A DNA stretch of 39,763 bases from positions 1-39,763 of IMG/VR virus record IMGVR_UViG_3300044452_000332; one strand, written 5' to 3'. This DNA is from a virus (Duplodnaviria > Caudoviricetes). The notes below the pieces were generated by a model. It saw nothing but the letters and a program-made list of their open reading frames with translations, made no database searches and had not been told where the DNA came from. The position numbers were made by a program, and so were the translations under genes. Below, one piece after another: positions 1 through 9,309 of the stretch; the first letter of the stretch is position 1; every line of letters begins with the position of its first letter.

Positions 1-444
1 ATGGCGCCGCACCACACCCCCGATCTCTGCCCGCGCTGCCCCAGCCCGCCTGGCCAGTCGCTCTACACGCTGCAGGGCCAGGCCGACGCGCGCTCGTGCC
101 ACCTGTGCGGCTACACCCGGCCGGCGCCGCCGGCGGGCGCAGCCCGGGTGCTGGTATTCGGCACGCGCAGCGAGCTGGACGCGGACCACTACTACGGCCT
201 GCGCCGCGTGCTGCAGGGGCTCACCGTCGGCGCGATCAGCGGCGAGTCGGTGCTGGAGCCGGTGATGCGCGGCTGGGCACGATCGCTGCGCGTCAACCGC
301 GGCAGCTCGTATCTGCGGCCGGGCGATGCAACGCACGTCGTGATCCTCTACCGCGCGGTGGTACCGGAGATCTGGCAGGCGGCGATCGATGCCGGCGACG
401 TGCCGGTGCGGCGACTGGGAGCGACGCCGATGCGGGCCGGTTGA
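1..444 (+). CDS. Hypothetical protein with N-terminal CxxC...CxxC zinc ribbon
   Basis: ORF 147 aa; CPRC...CHLC motif. Confidence 0.55.
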   Translation: MAPHHTPDLCPRCPSPPGQSLYTLQGQADARSCHLCGYTRPAPPAGAARVLVFGTRSELDADHYYGLRRVLQGLTVGAISGESVLEPVMRGWARSLRVNRGSSYLRPGDATHVVILYRAVVPEIWQAAIDAGDVPVRRLGATPMRAG

Positions 445-480
445 TGCGAGCGATTCGCATCGCGACCCGACGAACGGTAG

Positions 481-508
481 TTGCACTGTTTGATTTTGTC
501 TGTACACT
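481..508 (+). promoter_or_regulatory. Sigma70-like promoter of accessory operon
   Basis: TTGCAC(481-486)-16 nt-TACACT(503-508) in an AT-rich gap; palindrome ATCAAC-ACA-GTTGAT at 516-530; RBS AGGAG before 572. Confidence 0.6.
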
Positions 509-571
509 GTATCTCATCAACACAGTTGATACCGCCCCAACGGAACCGGGAATCCTGATAGGAGAAACATC

Positions 572-781
572 ATGAGCAACCACGAAATCATCGCCACCCT
601 GAATGCAGTGCGTGTCCTGAAGCGGGACGACGGCAAATTCGGCCTGGAGGAGGCGTTCGAGGGCGCGTGGAGCGGAGAAATCAGCTGGCGCTACGGTTCT
701 GAGTCGTCAGCCATGAACATCGCCCGCGCCATGTCGGACGAAAACGACCGGATCGACGCTCATTGTGCGAAGCACTCATAA
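572..781 (+). CDS. Small acidic hypothetical protein
   Basis: ORF 69 aa, AGGAG RBS, first gene after the promoter. Confidence 0.75.
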   Translation: MSNHEIIATLNAVRVLKRDDGKFGLEEAFEGAWSGEISWRYGSESSAMNIARAMSDENDRIDAHCAKHS

Positions 782-791
782 GGGGGACGCC

Positions 792-1070
792 ATGCAAAAA
801 AGCATCACGACCCGTTCAAAAATCGCCATCCGCTGGACCACCAATCCAGCAGACATGGGATATGACGGCACCCCGTCAAATTGGATGCAGAGTGCTCCCG
901 AGATTCGCAGCCCTGCTGGCGCGCTCAATTTCGCGCATGACCTCAGCCAGCGAATTGGGAATGGCACCTATCGCCTGATCAGCTATCAGCATCAGGGTCG
1001 AGAGGTGACGTTGGACCAGCTACGCGCCGTTGTCGAGACGGCCGAGTACCGTCGTTACGCCCACCGCTAA
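792..1070 (+). CDS. Hypothetical protein (92 aa)
   Basis: ATG at 792 after AGGGGG RBS (MQKSITT...). Confidence 0.7.
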   Translation: MQKSITTRSKIAIRWTTNPADMGYDGTPSNWMQSAPEIRSPAGALNFAHDLSQRIGNGTYRLISYQHQGREVTLDQLRAVVETAEYRRYAHR

Positions 1071-1074
1071 TCTG

Positions 1075-1503
1075 GTGACCGAAGCCCTCATCCACCTCCG
1101 CGTCCCAGCGGCCATCAAAGGCCGCTGGGTTCGCGCATCCCGAGAGGCCGGCATGCGCCTCACGGATTGGATAGTCCAGGCCGTGGAGGCCCAAATGCCG
1201 CAACGCACCGTCAAATTCAACATCCCCGCCGATCTCGATTTTGCAGATCTACGGCTCGCTCGCGACCCCGACGGCGCCGTGTCGTTTGACACCGCCCCGC
1301 TCATCACGATCTGCGAGGCCTCCGGCGTCGGCTCGGAGTTGATGCAGGACGAGGAAAACGTCAGCGCGCTCATCACGGCCTGGTACGCCGAACACCTGCG
1401 TCGCGGCGGAGCACAGGATCCGGTGCAGGAGGACCTGATCGCCGAGACGCGCGCGGAGGAACGCATCGGCCAGACCGTTAGCCTGCCGCCGGGCCGCGCA
1501 TGA
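1075..1503 (+). CDS. Ribbon-helix-helix DNA-binding protein with C-terminal extension
   Basis: GTG 1075; LIHLRVPAAIKGRWVRASREAGMRLTDWIVQAV fits the RHH beta-alpha-alpha pattern. Confidence 0.7.
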   Translation: MTEALIHLRVPAAIKGRWVRASREAGMRLTDWIVQAVEAQMPQRTVKFNIPADLDFADLRLARDPDGAVSFDTAPLITICEASGVGSELMQDEENVSALITAWYAEHLRRGGAQDPVQEDLIAETRAEERIGQTVSLPPGRA

Positions 1504-1685
1504 GCGCATCAAAACGCGGCGGCGCCCGCCCCAACGCCGGCCGGCCGAGCGTCGGCGACGTGCGGATCAACGTGCGCCTGGACCAGGCCACCGTCGACCG
1601 CCTGCGTGAGATCGGAGACGGCAACCTGAGCGCCGGCATCCGCATCGCAGCGCAGCGTGTGGCTCCGGCGAAAGCGGGCGGCTGA
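1500..1685 (+). CDS. AT-hook-like + RHH (CopG-like) small regulator
   Basis: RGGARPNAGRP motif then RINVRLDQATVDRL...NLSAGIR; ATGA overlap. Confidence 0.7.
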   Translation: MSASKRGGARPNAGRPSVGDVRINVRLDQATVDRLREIGDGNLSAGIRIAAQRVAPAKAGG

Positions 1686-1694
1686 TCAGCCTGC

Positions 1695-1723
1695 TTGCCG
1701 ATCGCGGCTGCCGCGCCTACGGT
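1695..1723 (+). promoter_or_regulatory. Possible promoter of the DUF4124 moron
   Basis: TTGCCG-17 nt-TACGGT upstream of 1751. Confidence 0.35.
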
Positions 1724-1750
1724 TACGGCAGGCCCACCCGAGATCGCCCT

Positions 1751-2308
1751 ATGCGCCTGCTCGCCATTACGCTGATCGCCACCCTGCCCGCCATCGCCTC
1801 GGCCCAGTCCATCTACCGCTGCGAGATCAACGGCCGCGCGGTGTTCCAGGACCGCCCATGCGCCACCGCGGCGAGCCAGAAAATCACCGTGCGGGTACCG
1901 GGGGCCGCGGCTGCAGCAGCTCCTGCTGGCTCGCTGGACGCAGATGGCCAACCGCTGCCGGAGGACTCTGTGCCGGCCGCGGCACCGGGCGCCACGTCGG
2001 CTGATCGCACCGCCGCTCTGCAGCGCTACACGGATGGGGTGGTGAGGGATCGTGAGAGGCGCCGCCTATCACGCATCATCGGTCGGCTAGAAGTGGAGCG
2101 CGAAGGCCTGCAGCAGGACATGGACCGCGAGTTGGCCAGGCTAAAAGCGGAGCAGGGCTTGGCCAACAACAACCTCGCCGGCGCCACCTACCTGCAGAGC
2201 ATCAACACCGAGATGCAGGCCGTCACCAGCAGCTACAGCGTGCGCATCGCCAACAAGGACCGCGAGATCGCAGAGGCGCGCGCGGAGCTGGCTGCGCTCG
2301 ACGACTAA
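1751..2308 (+). CDS. Exported DUF4124-like protein with coiled-coil C-terminus
   Basis: Signal peptide (..AIASA/Q) then SIYRCEINGRAVFQDRPC, typical of DUF4124. Confidence 0.8.
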   Translation: MRLLAITLIATLPAIASAQSIYRCEINGRAVFQDRPCATAASQKITVRVPGAAAAAAPAGSLDADGQPLPEDSVPAAAPGATSADRTAALQRYTDGVVRDRERRRLSRIIGRLEVEREGLQQDMDRELARLKAEQGLANNNLAGATYLQSINTEMQAVTSSYSVRIANKDREIAEARAELAALDD

Positions 2309-2529
2309 ACCTCGACGGTCGACAACGGCAACGCCGGCGCTGCGCCGCGGATCTCGCCGCCCTGCACGAACGCGCGCACTCCCACTGCCACGCCCTGCCC
2401 GCGCACGCGGATGGTCTGGTTGCCGGGCAGCTGCACGTCGCTCGTGCCGTCGGCGTTGTGGGCGGTCACGGTGCCGACCAGCAGCGGGTCGGCAGGTAGT
2501 AACTTGCGAAACTGGCGGAACAGGTTCAT
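2305..2529 (-). CDS. Small tail-tip protein (OB-fold/spike-like)
   Basis: 74 aa, last gene of the tail operon, ATGA overlap; GTVTAHNADGTSDVQL..VFVQGG pattern. Confidence 0.7.
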   Translation of the reverse strand: MNLFRQFRKLLPADPLLVGTVTAHNADGTSDVQLPGNQTIRVRGQGVAVGVRAFVQGGEIRGAAPALPLSTVEV

Positions 2530-4475
2530 GGCGGGCTCCCGATCTCGGTGGGCAGGTGTCGCGCCAGGCGCACGCCCTGGCGGATGGTGAGGGCATCGCC
2601 GGCGGCGCTGGCACTCACGCTCACGCTCTCGGCGCGGGCGCGATAAAGGCCGTGCACGGGGTCAGTCACTTCGACCAGCTCGCCGGGTCGGATGATGCCG
2701 GGCTGATTGCCGGCGAGCAGCGGCAGCAGTACGTCGGTGGGGCGCTGGTTCTCGGCATCGGCGATGACCCGGATGCCCCGGCCGATGGCGGGGATCTGGT
2801 CCGTGATCAGCGGGTCCACGATCATCTGCGCGTAGGGGCTGCCTGCGCTGCCCTGGCGGATGACGTTGACGAGTACGCCCTGGCTCTCCCCGCTCACGTA
2901 CACGCCCAGGTACTGCGGGCCGGGCTGCCAGTCCACGCCCATCTCAAGCGTGCTCTGGCCATCGAGCTCCACGTCCGGTTCGGCCGCGGCCCACTGCCAG
3001 GGCGCGCTGCTGTAGGCCGGGCGCACGATCACCGTCAGATCCGCGGGGTGGCTTTGCACCACACCGCCGGCGGCCTCGGCCAGGCGGTTGATGGCGGCCA
3101 TGGGCGTGAGCTGGCTGTAGGCCCAGGTGCCGGCCGGTAGCGGCCAATCCGTGAGCTGCCAGTCCAGCGAAAACGGTGTGAACTCCAACTCGCGCGCCGC
3201 CGCCTGCGCGGCCGTGGTGGGGCTGGGGTTGATGTAGTTGCGGGCGATGGCATAGGGCGCCGCCAGCGCGGCCGTGCGGCTGCGGCCGCTGGCGCTGAAC
3301 GTGCTCTGCGGCATCTGCCGGCGCTCGCGGACGGACTCAATCACGAAGGTCCAGACGTGGCCGTCCATCGCCACTTCGATCTCACGCGGGCCGCTGGTCT
3401 CCGGCACCAACAGGTGATAGTCCGCGCGACGGCTGGGCGCCAGCTCCACGCTCCACGCCCAGCTGTCCAGATCGGCGCGGATGGTCGCCGCCTGCACCTC
3501 GATGGGCGTGCGCTCGGGCAGGCGGACCACGGTGAGGGTGTGGTTCATGATGCGGGTCCTCCGGATGAGATAGAAGCGGCGCTTGTCGTCGCAGATCAAC
3601 GGCAGCGGCACCGCGTCGCCGGGGGGCAACGCATAGTCGCCGCGCCCGCCCAGCGGAAGCCGCACCTGGTCGCCGGGCGGAATCGTGTAACAGCCACCGC
3701 CGGGCGGGATGATCGGTACCGGCGGCGGGATCTCCACAAACTGCTGCCGCAGCGGCTCCGCCCAGCCCCAGGGCAGCGCGCGCTTGGTGTCCTTCGCCGG
3801 CGGATTGCCCCAGGGCGTGAACCAGTCGTGCTGCAGATGCTGGCCCTGGTCGTGCGGCAGGGTGCGCGCCGTGTCCTTCGGTGGCGGGTTGCCCCAAGGC
3901 AGGCGGCGGGCAACGCCGCGCGGATCGCCCTCGTCCCAGGCCAGCGATCGGGGGCGGTCTTTGGCGGGCACGTCGACCCACGGCAGCCGGGTGCGCCGCT
4001 CGTGCTGCTCGCCCCACTGCCAGGCGAGCCGGCGGCTCGCGTCCACGTCGTTGCTGGTGCTCCACAGCATGCGCAGACGCTGCTCGCGCGCGTCGCCCTG
4101 CTGCCAGGCGATGCGCGGGTCGTGGTCCTTGCGCGGCGCATCGCCCCAGCGCAGCTGCTTAGCCTTGCCGCGCGGGTCAGCGGCATCCCAGGCCGTGGCG
4201 ACGCGCCTCGTCAGGCCGTTGTAGATGTTCGCTGGCGGTGGCGGCGGTGGCGGCGGCTCCACGATGATCGGATCGTCGCAGACCAGCGCCAGTGCTACGA
4301 GGTTGCCGGCCGGCGGCGTGTAGGCGCCGCCGAGGGTCAGAGGTACGGCATGCCCGGGAGGGCGCAAGTAGCAGGGGGGCGCCAGCGACAAGGCAACCTG
4401 ATGGCCCGGAGGCACTTCGTACTCACCCCGCAGGGCGAGCGCTACCTGGTCGCCGCTGGCAGGGGTGTAGCTCAC
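2526..4475 (-). CDS. Tail tip / hub-like structural protein with repeats
   Basis: 649 aa; YxPPGxxVxLxL repeats, 14-aa Trp repeats, C-terminal IRPGELVEV hub-like motif; position in tail operon. Confidence 0.75.
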   Translation of the reverse strand: MSYTPASGDQVALALRGEYEVPPGHQVALSLAPPCYLRPPGHAVPLTLGGAYTPPAGNLVALALVCDDPIIVEPPPPPPPPANIYNGLTRRVATAWDAADPRGKAKQLRWGDAPRKDHDPRIAWQQGDAREQRLRMLWSTSNDVDASRRLAWQWGEQHERRTRLPWVDVPAKDRPRSLAWDEGDPRGVARRLPWGNPPPKDTARTLPHDQGQHLQHDWFTPWGNPPAKDTKRALPWGWAEPLRQQFVEIPPPVPIIPPGGGCYTIPPGDQVRLPLGGRGDYALPPGDAVPLPLICDDKRRFYLIRRTRIMNHTLTVVRLPERTPIEVQAATIRADLDSWAWSVELAPSRRADYHLLVPETSGPREIEVAMDGHVWTFVIESVRERRQMPQSTFSASGRSRTAALAAPYAIARNYINPSPTTAAQAAARELEFTPFSLDWQLTDWPLPAGTWAYSQLTPMAAINRLAEAAGGVVQSHPADLTVIVRPAYSSAPWQWAAAEPDVELDGQSTLEMGVDWQPGPQYLGVYVSGESQGVLVNVIRQGSAGSPYAQMIVDPLITDQIPAIGRGIRVIADAENQRPTDVLLPLLAGNQPGIIRPGELVEVTDPVHGLYRARAESVSVSASAAGDALTIRQGVRLARHLPTEIGSPP

Positions 4476-4483
4476 CGCTCAGC

Positions 4484-4780
4484 TCAGCTCGGCAGCGGCG
4501 CCGGCACGATGTGATCGGCGACGGCAGCGTTGTGCACCGCGTCGCGGTCACGGCCGATGACGATATACGTCGCGCTGGGGTCGAGGCCGACGAACTCATA
4601 GGTGCCATCGGCGTTGGTGAGGCGAGACGCAAGGATGGCGAGCGGATGTGCCCTGATCAGCAGCGCCTGCACGCGGGCGGGCACCCCGTCAATCGTGCTG
4701 ATCCCGGGGCTCTCGCCGGCGATGCGATGGTTGTGCACCAGCGCGAAGTCAATGTCCGCCTGAAGATAATCTGCGCTCAT
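4484..4780 (-). CDS. Tail-associated beta-sandwich protein (98 aa)
   Basis: ATG at 4780 overlaps upstream TGA; TNADGTYEFVGLD motif. Confidence 0.65.
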   Translation of the reverse strand: MSADYLQADIDFALVHNHRIAGESPGISTIDGVPARVQALLIRAHPLAILASRLTNADGTYEFVGLDPSATYIVIGRDRDAVHNAAVADHIVPAPLPS

Positions 4781-5739
4781 CACGCACCCCACGGACCCGT
4801 CAGGTCCACGTACCACAGGCCGCGGCTCGCGGGGAATCCACTGCTGCGATTGGAAAGCACGATCTTGCTGAAGGACTTACCGCCAACCCCTTCAACAACG
4901 CCCCCCGAGGTCGTGACATCGCCGAGTGCGTAGGGCGGATGCAAGCCGGGGAGGTAGCCGGAAAGAGGCGACGGCGTAATACCGTCCACTCCCGCGACAA
5001 AGATTCTCTCCCCCACAACATCGCTGGCGACGCCTCCGAAAGGAGAGGACCTACCTATGTTGACACTGCCGTTTCGCACCATAGCCGATGCGCAAAGACT
5101 GATCGTCCCGGGGCCGGAACCAATGCCCTGAATGGGGTAGAGATACCCGTTTGCCTTGGTGGATAAGAGCGTAAGGTCAACGGCAATAAGCGGAGACGTG
5201 AGGACGGCCGAGTTCTGATTCGAGTCGGTGATCAGCCAGCTCCGCTGCACCGCGGCATCAAACGAGAACTGCGCGACGTCGCCAAAGCCGTAGGGCGAGA
5301 AGCCGCCATCAGTGGGTGGCTCAACGGCATTCGACCGCTGCACGAAGAGCCAGAAACTCCCGGCGACATCATCGGTGTAGAGATGCCAGCCCCTGGGCGT
5401 GGTATCGGCGGCCGAGGACTTCTGCCAGTAGCGCACGTCGGCACCGGTGAACTGATCCGTCCCGGTGTCGATGTCGCTCATGATGTCGTAGGCGCGCACC
5501 ACCGCGCCATTCGGGTTGGTGTCATCCAGCCAGAGGTAGCGCTCATTGCTGAGACCGGCTGGCTGTCGGAACGCGATACGGTTGGTCGGTGCATCTTCGT
5601 AGGGCACCGTCCAGCCCGCTCCGTCCAGTGCACCGTAGCCGTCGACCAGGCAGGCCCGCAGTACGCCAATCAACGCGCCCGCCTGCCCGCTGAGAACGGG
5701 CGCGCTGGCGTCGGTGTGCTTGTAGTGTCGAACCGTCAT
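4780..5739 (-). CDS. Tail fibre / putative receptor-binding protein
   Basis: N-terminus APVLSGQAGALIGVLRACLVDGYG..AGW resembles phage tail fibre anchors; compositionally divergent C-terminal half. Confidence 0.65.
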   Translation of the reverse strand: MTVRHYKHTDASAPVLSGQAGALIGVLRACLVDGYGALDGAGWTVPYEDAPTNRIAFRQPAGLSNERYLWLDDTNPNGAVVRAYDIMSDIDTGTDQFTGADVRYWQKSSAADTTPRGWHLYTDDVAGSFWLFVQRSNAVEPPTDGGFSPYGFGDVAQFSFDAAVQRSWLITDSNQNSAVLTSPLIAVDLTLLSTKANGYLYPIQGIGSGPGTISLCASAMVRNGSVNIGRSSPFGGVASDVVGERIFVAGVDGITPSPLSGYLPGLHPPYALGDVTTSGGVVEGVGGKSFSKIVLSNRSSGFPASRGLWYVDLTGPWGA

Positions 5740-5754
5740 GGAGATCTCCGGGAA

Positions 5755-8700
5755 TCAGTTGGCATCACCGCGCAGCTCGATCTGCACGCGGTCGGTGGGG
5801 TCGGTTAAAGGGCCGGGCAGCGTGGTGCGGTTAAACCAGATCGGCCGCGCCGCGGCCTCGGTGTTGAAGCGCACCTGGTTGCCCACGTTCCAGCCCGCGC
5901 TCCAGCCCGCAGCCTGCAGCGTGAAGTAAGGCGCGCCGGTGGCGGGGTTGATGGGCGCGCAGTCGAGCGTGATCTCGCCGGTGCCCACCTGCCCCACCGT
6001 TTCGCCGATCACGCGGAAGGCGGTGACGGATGTGAACTCCACCCGCCAGCGCTCGCGGATTGCGCCGCGGTTGGTGGTGAGGATGGGTGCGACCACGTCG
6101 TTGTACTGGCCGGTGGCGGCGTCGCCGATGAGCGTGTCGCTCCACTCGCCCGTCCAGGCCGCCTGGCTGAAAACGTTGAAGCTCGCCGCCTGCAGCTCGT
6201 TGCCGAGCGGCAGCGCCGATGACAGGAACGACGTGTCCGCCGGGTAGTCGTGCGTGAGCTGGCTGTTGAGGCCCACCAGGCCGCTGAGCTGGGCATCCAC
6301 CACCAGTAGCATGTCCTCGATGCGGTGGCGGGCGATGAGCGGCTGCACGAATCCGTCGAGGTCCAGCGGGTTGGCGAAGGTGATCTCGCCCGCCATCTTG
6401 TCCACCGTGTAGCGATCGGTGGGGATCAGCACGTCCTCCTGATCGCGCAGCTCCACCACGCTGATGGCTGGACGCAGCGCGTAGGTGCTGCCGGCGACCA
6501 CCGGGTTGGGCAGCGTGGTCTCCTGCGTGTTGTGGATGACCGCCACGTCCGCCGTCTGCACCGTGGGGATGCGGCCATCGGTGGAGAGGCGCACCGGGTC
6601 CAGGCCGATGATCTCCGGGTCCAGCGGGAGGAAGGCGATGCTCACCGCGTTGTAGCGGGTCTCCTCCGGCACGACCTCCTCGGTCCAGGCCAGCGTGTAA
6701 ACGCCGGTGTCCACGTTGATGCTGCCCACCAGTCCGCCGGCGCCGACGATGTCCCCCGCGTTGTCGGCCGTGGCCTGGTCGGGCGTGACCTGGCCGGCGC
6801 GCAGATACGTGAGCTGGTAGCTCGCGCTCTTGACCCGCTCCGCCGGCACGCGCCAGAACGCGGCGAGCATCGGCCAGCGGCCGAAGATGCTGAGCGCCCC
6901 GCGCAGTGCACCGCTGCCGGTGCCGGCCGGCCAGGCGGTGATGGTGAGCAGCCCGCCGTCGTAGTTGGCGGCGCCGGCCTGGATCTCATTGCCGTTGTCG
7001 TCACGGTAGTACAACACCCCGCCGCGGTCGTAGTAGCGACGGCCGTTGAACTCCACCCACAGGCTGCCCGGCTGTAGCCCGTAGAGCAGATCATCGCCCT
7101 CCAGCTCGATGGCCAACTCGGTGATGGTGACGGCATCCTGCTGCGCGACCGGCGTGCCGGCGCTGCTGTAGCGCGCGTCGGTGAGCGTCTCGAACAGGAT
7201 GCTGGCCACGCCCACGGCCTGACGGCTCCAGGTGCCGAGCGCACCGCCCTGGTAGGTGTAGCCGATCACGGCATCCGCCACCGTCTCGTCCAGTGAGATC
7301 AGGCCGCTGGCGTAGCTCATCGTGCCGACCACGATGTCCTTGCCGACGAAGTTGGCGGACCGCACGTTGGGGATGTGGGCGGCGCGGCGGACGATCATGT
7401 TGCCGGCGCCGTCGTCGATGATCTCCAGATCAAAGAACGCGCCCAGGGACGCCGCCAGGTCGGTGCTGTACTGGGTGCGCAGGCGCACGCTGTTGGGGTC
7501 CACGCTGCCGTTGGCGAGCTGGAGCGTCACCGTCCCGGCGCTGCCGCCGGGGGTGGGCATCTCGGTGTAGCGATTGCCGGCGGTGTCGTAGCTCGCCGTC
7601 AGGCTGGTGCCGCTGGCGGGCACTTGCGTGAGCCGCACCGCGACGATGCCGGTCTGGTAGTTGATGGTGCCGCTGCCGTCGCCGGTGAGTGCGCCCGCCC
7701 CGTCGTCGGTGACCGTGTAGGGCGTGCCGCTGATGTCGTAGGTGAGCGAGAGCGTGCCGGGGGTGACCGGCGCCTCGGCGAGCTGGATCACCAGCTCCGG
7801 CACCCTCGCCTGCACCGGTCCGGTGGGGCCGGCGTAGTGGGCGCCGGTGCCCCAACCGAACAGGACGTGACTGCCCACGTCCGGCTCATTGCCCAGGGTG
7901 AGGTTGATGGAGCCGGTGGCGTAGTTGATGGTCCCGCTGCCCTCGCCCGCGTTGCCGGCGATGGTGCCGTCGCCCCGATCGCGCAGCGTGATCCAGCGGC
8001 CCAGGGTGCGATACTCCACCTGCAAGCTGGCAGGCGCGGGCTTGGGCACCAGGGTGCGCGTGTAGACCAGGCCGCGGTTGTTGAGATCAATCTCGATGCC
8101 GTCGGTGTGCTGCACGTCCGCCACCGCCGCGGCCGCGCGGTAGCTGCTGCTGCTGTTGGCCGGGTCCAGGGTGCCGGTGGCATCGCTCATGCCGGTCACG
8201 GTGATCTGGCCGAAGCGGTAGTCGATGACCCCCGCGCACTCGGCCGGTACGCTGGCGCCGCTGCTGGCATCCCGCACCAGCGCGCCGCGGCCGTTGTCCG
8301 TGAGCACGTGCTGCTTGGCGGTGCCGCCGCCGGTGGGGCGGATGCTCACCTGCACGGTGCCCGGCACCATCGCGCGCTCGGTGAGGATGACGGCCGCGTT
8401 GGCGTTGATCGCGACGCCCTTGGCGCTTTCGGTGAGCACGCCGCCCGTGCCGGGGTCGCCGATCGGCACCAGGGCGACGGTGTCGCTGCCCACCTGCTGG
8501 TCGACGATGCCCGTCTCCTGCTGTGCGCTCGGCACGACGGGCGTGAGGATGGTGTCGATCTGCACCGTGGTGTCGCCCGCCGTCACCGGTGCGGTGATGG
8601 GGTGGATCGAGTAGTAGCGCTTGCCGCCAGCGAGCGTGGTGCGGCGGATCAGGGTCTTCTGGTTGGCGAACTGGGTGAAGCCGAAGATCTCACCCGGCAG

Positions 8701-9309
8701 GTCGAACCGCAGCGGCTGGTCGATGGTGATGTCGATCTGCAACAGCGTCTTGGCGGCGAAGTTGGGCGGGATGGTGGCGCTGACCTCGCTGGTCTCGATC
8801 TTCACCGCGCGGGCAAACTGCGCCATGCCCACATTGACCGTGCCGCGTTCCACGGAGAACACAACCACGTCCCCGTTGCTCGGTACCGCGTTGCCCAACT
8901 CGGTGAGCAGAGTGACGATGAGCGCGCCCTCGGGCTGCGTGTCCCAGCAGTAGAACGGCTGGGTGGCGCCGGCGGCGAGGTACTGCTCCAGGTGGGCCTG
9001 CGCGTCGAGGCGGCGGTCGGGGTGATCGTCGCGCGCGAACATGCTGAGATGGACGTTCGGGTCCAGCGCGCGCTGCAGCAGGATCGCGTGCGCGCCGAGC
9101 AGCTTGGTGCGGTTCTCCGAGATGACGGCCATCCAACCCTTGCGCAGGCTCACGCGGCCCGTCACGCGATCGAAGCGGCTCTGGTCGTCGAAGAGGTTGT
9201 TCAACTCCCCGTCCACTACCTGGTTGGGGCTCATGCGGCCGCCACCGTTGTCGGTGTCGTCCAGCACCTGAGGCTGGTAGAGCTGGATGTCCTGCGTCGT
9301 GATCGTCAT
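5755..9309 (-). CDS. Large baseplate/tail-tip protein (1184 aa)
   Basis: N-terminal GGGRM..VVDGELNNLF..DRVTGRVSLRK motif; about six DDGxG...GTINYxTG repeats. Confidence 0.8.
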   Translation of the reverse strand: MTITTQDIQLYQPQVLDDTDNGGGRMSPNQVVDGELNNLFDDQSRFDRVTGRVSLRKGWMAVISENRTKLLGAHAILLQRALDPNVHLSMFARDDHPDRRLDAQAHLEQYLAAGATQPFYCWDTQPEGALIVTLLTELGNAVPSNGDVVVFSVERGTVNVGMAQFARAVKIETSEVSATIPPNFAAKTLLQIDITIDQPLRFDLPGEIFGFTQFANQKTLIRRTTLAGGKRYYSIHPITAPVTAGDTTVQIDTILTPVVPSAQQETGIVDQQVGSDTVALVPIGDPGTGGVLTESAKGVAINANAAVILTERAMVPGTVQVSIRPTGGGTAKQHVLTDNGRGALVRDASSGASVPAECAGVIDYRFGQITVTGMSDATGTLDPANSSSSYRAAAAVADVQHTDGIEIDLNNRGLVYTRTLVPKPAPASLQVEYRTLGRWITLRDRGDGTIAGNAGEGSGTINYATGSINLTLGNEPDVGSHVLFGWGTGAHYAGPTGPVQARVPELVIQLAEAPVTPGTLSLTYDISGTPYTVTDDGAGALTGDGSGTINYQTGIVAVRLTQVPASGTSLTASYDTAGNRYTEMPTPGGSAGTVTLQLANGSVDPNSVRLRTQYSTDLAASLGAFFDLEIIDDGAGNMIVRRAAHIPNVRSANFVGKDIVVGTMSYASGLISLDETVADAVIGYTYQGGALGTWSRQAVGVASILFETLTDARYSSAGTPVAQQDAVTITELAIELEGDDLLYGLQPGSLWVEFNGRRYYDRGGVLYYRDDNGNEIQAGAANYDGGLLTITAWPAGTGSGALRGALSIFGRWPMLAAFWRVPAERVKSASYQLTYLRAGQVTPDQATADNAGDIVGAGGLVGSINVDTGVYTLAWTEEVVPEETRYNAVSIAFLPLDPEIIGLDPVRLSTDGRIPTVQTADVAVIHNTQETTLPNPVVAGSTYALRPAISVVELRDQEDVLIPTDRYTVDKMAGEITFANPLDLDGFVQPLIARHRIEDMLLVVDAQLSGLVGLNSQLTHDYPADTSFLSSALPLGNELQAASFNVFSQAAWTGEWSDTLIGDAATGQYNDVVAPILTTNRGAIRERWRVEFTSVTAFRVIGETVGQVGTGEITLDCAPINPATGAPYFTLQAAGWSAGWNVGNQVRFNTEAAARPIWFNRTTLPGPLTDPTDRVQIELRGDAN

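Noticed and set aside
471-484. Fourth CI operator (CGAACGGTAGTTGC) over the left promoter -35
   Set aside because: Only the right half-site matches well; could be chance overlap with TTGCAC
4780-5739. Diversity-generating retroelement or invertible fibre system
   Set aside because: No reverse transcriptase, invertase or TR/VR duplicate seen
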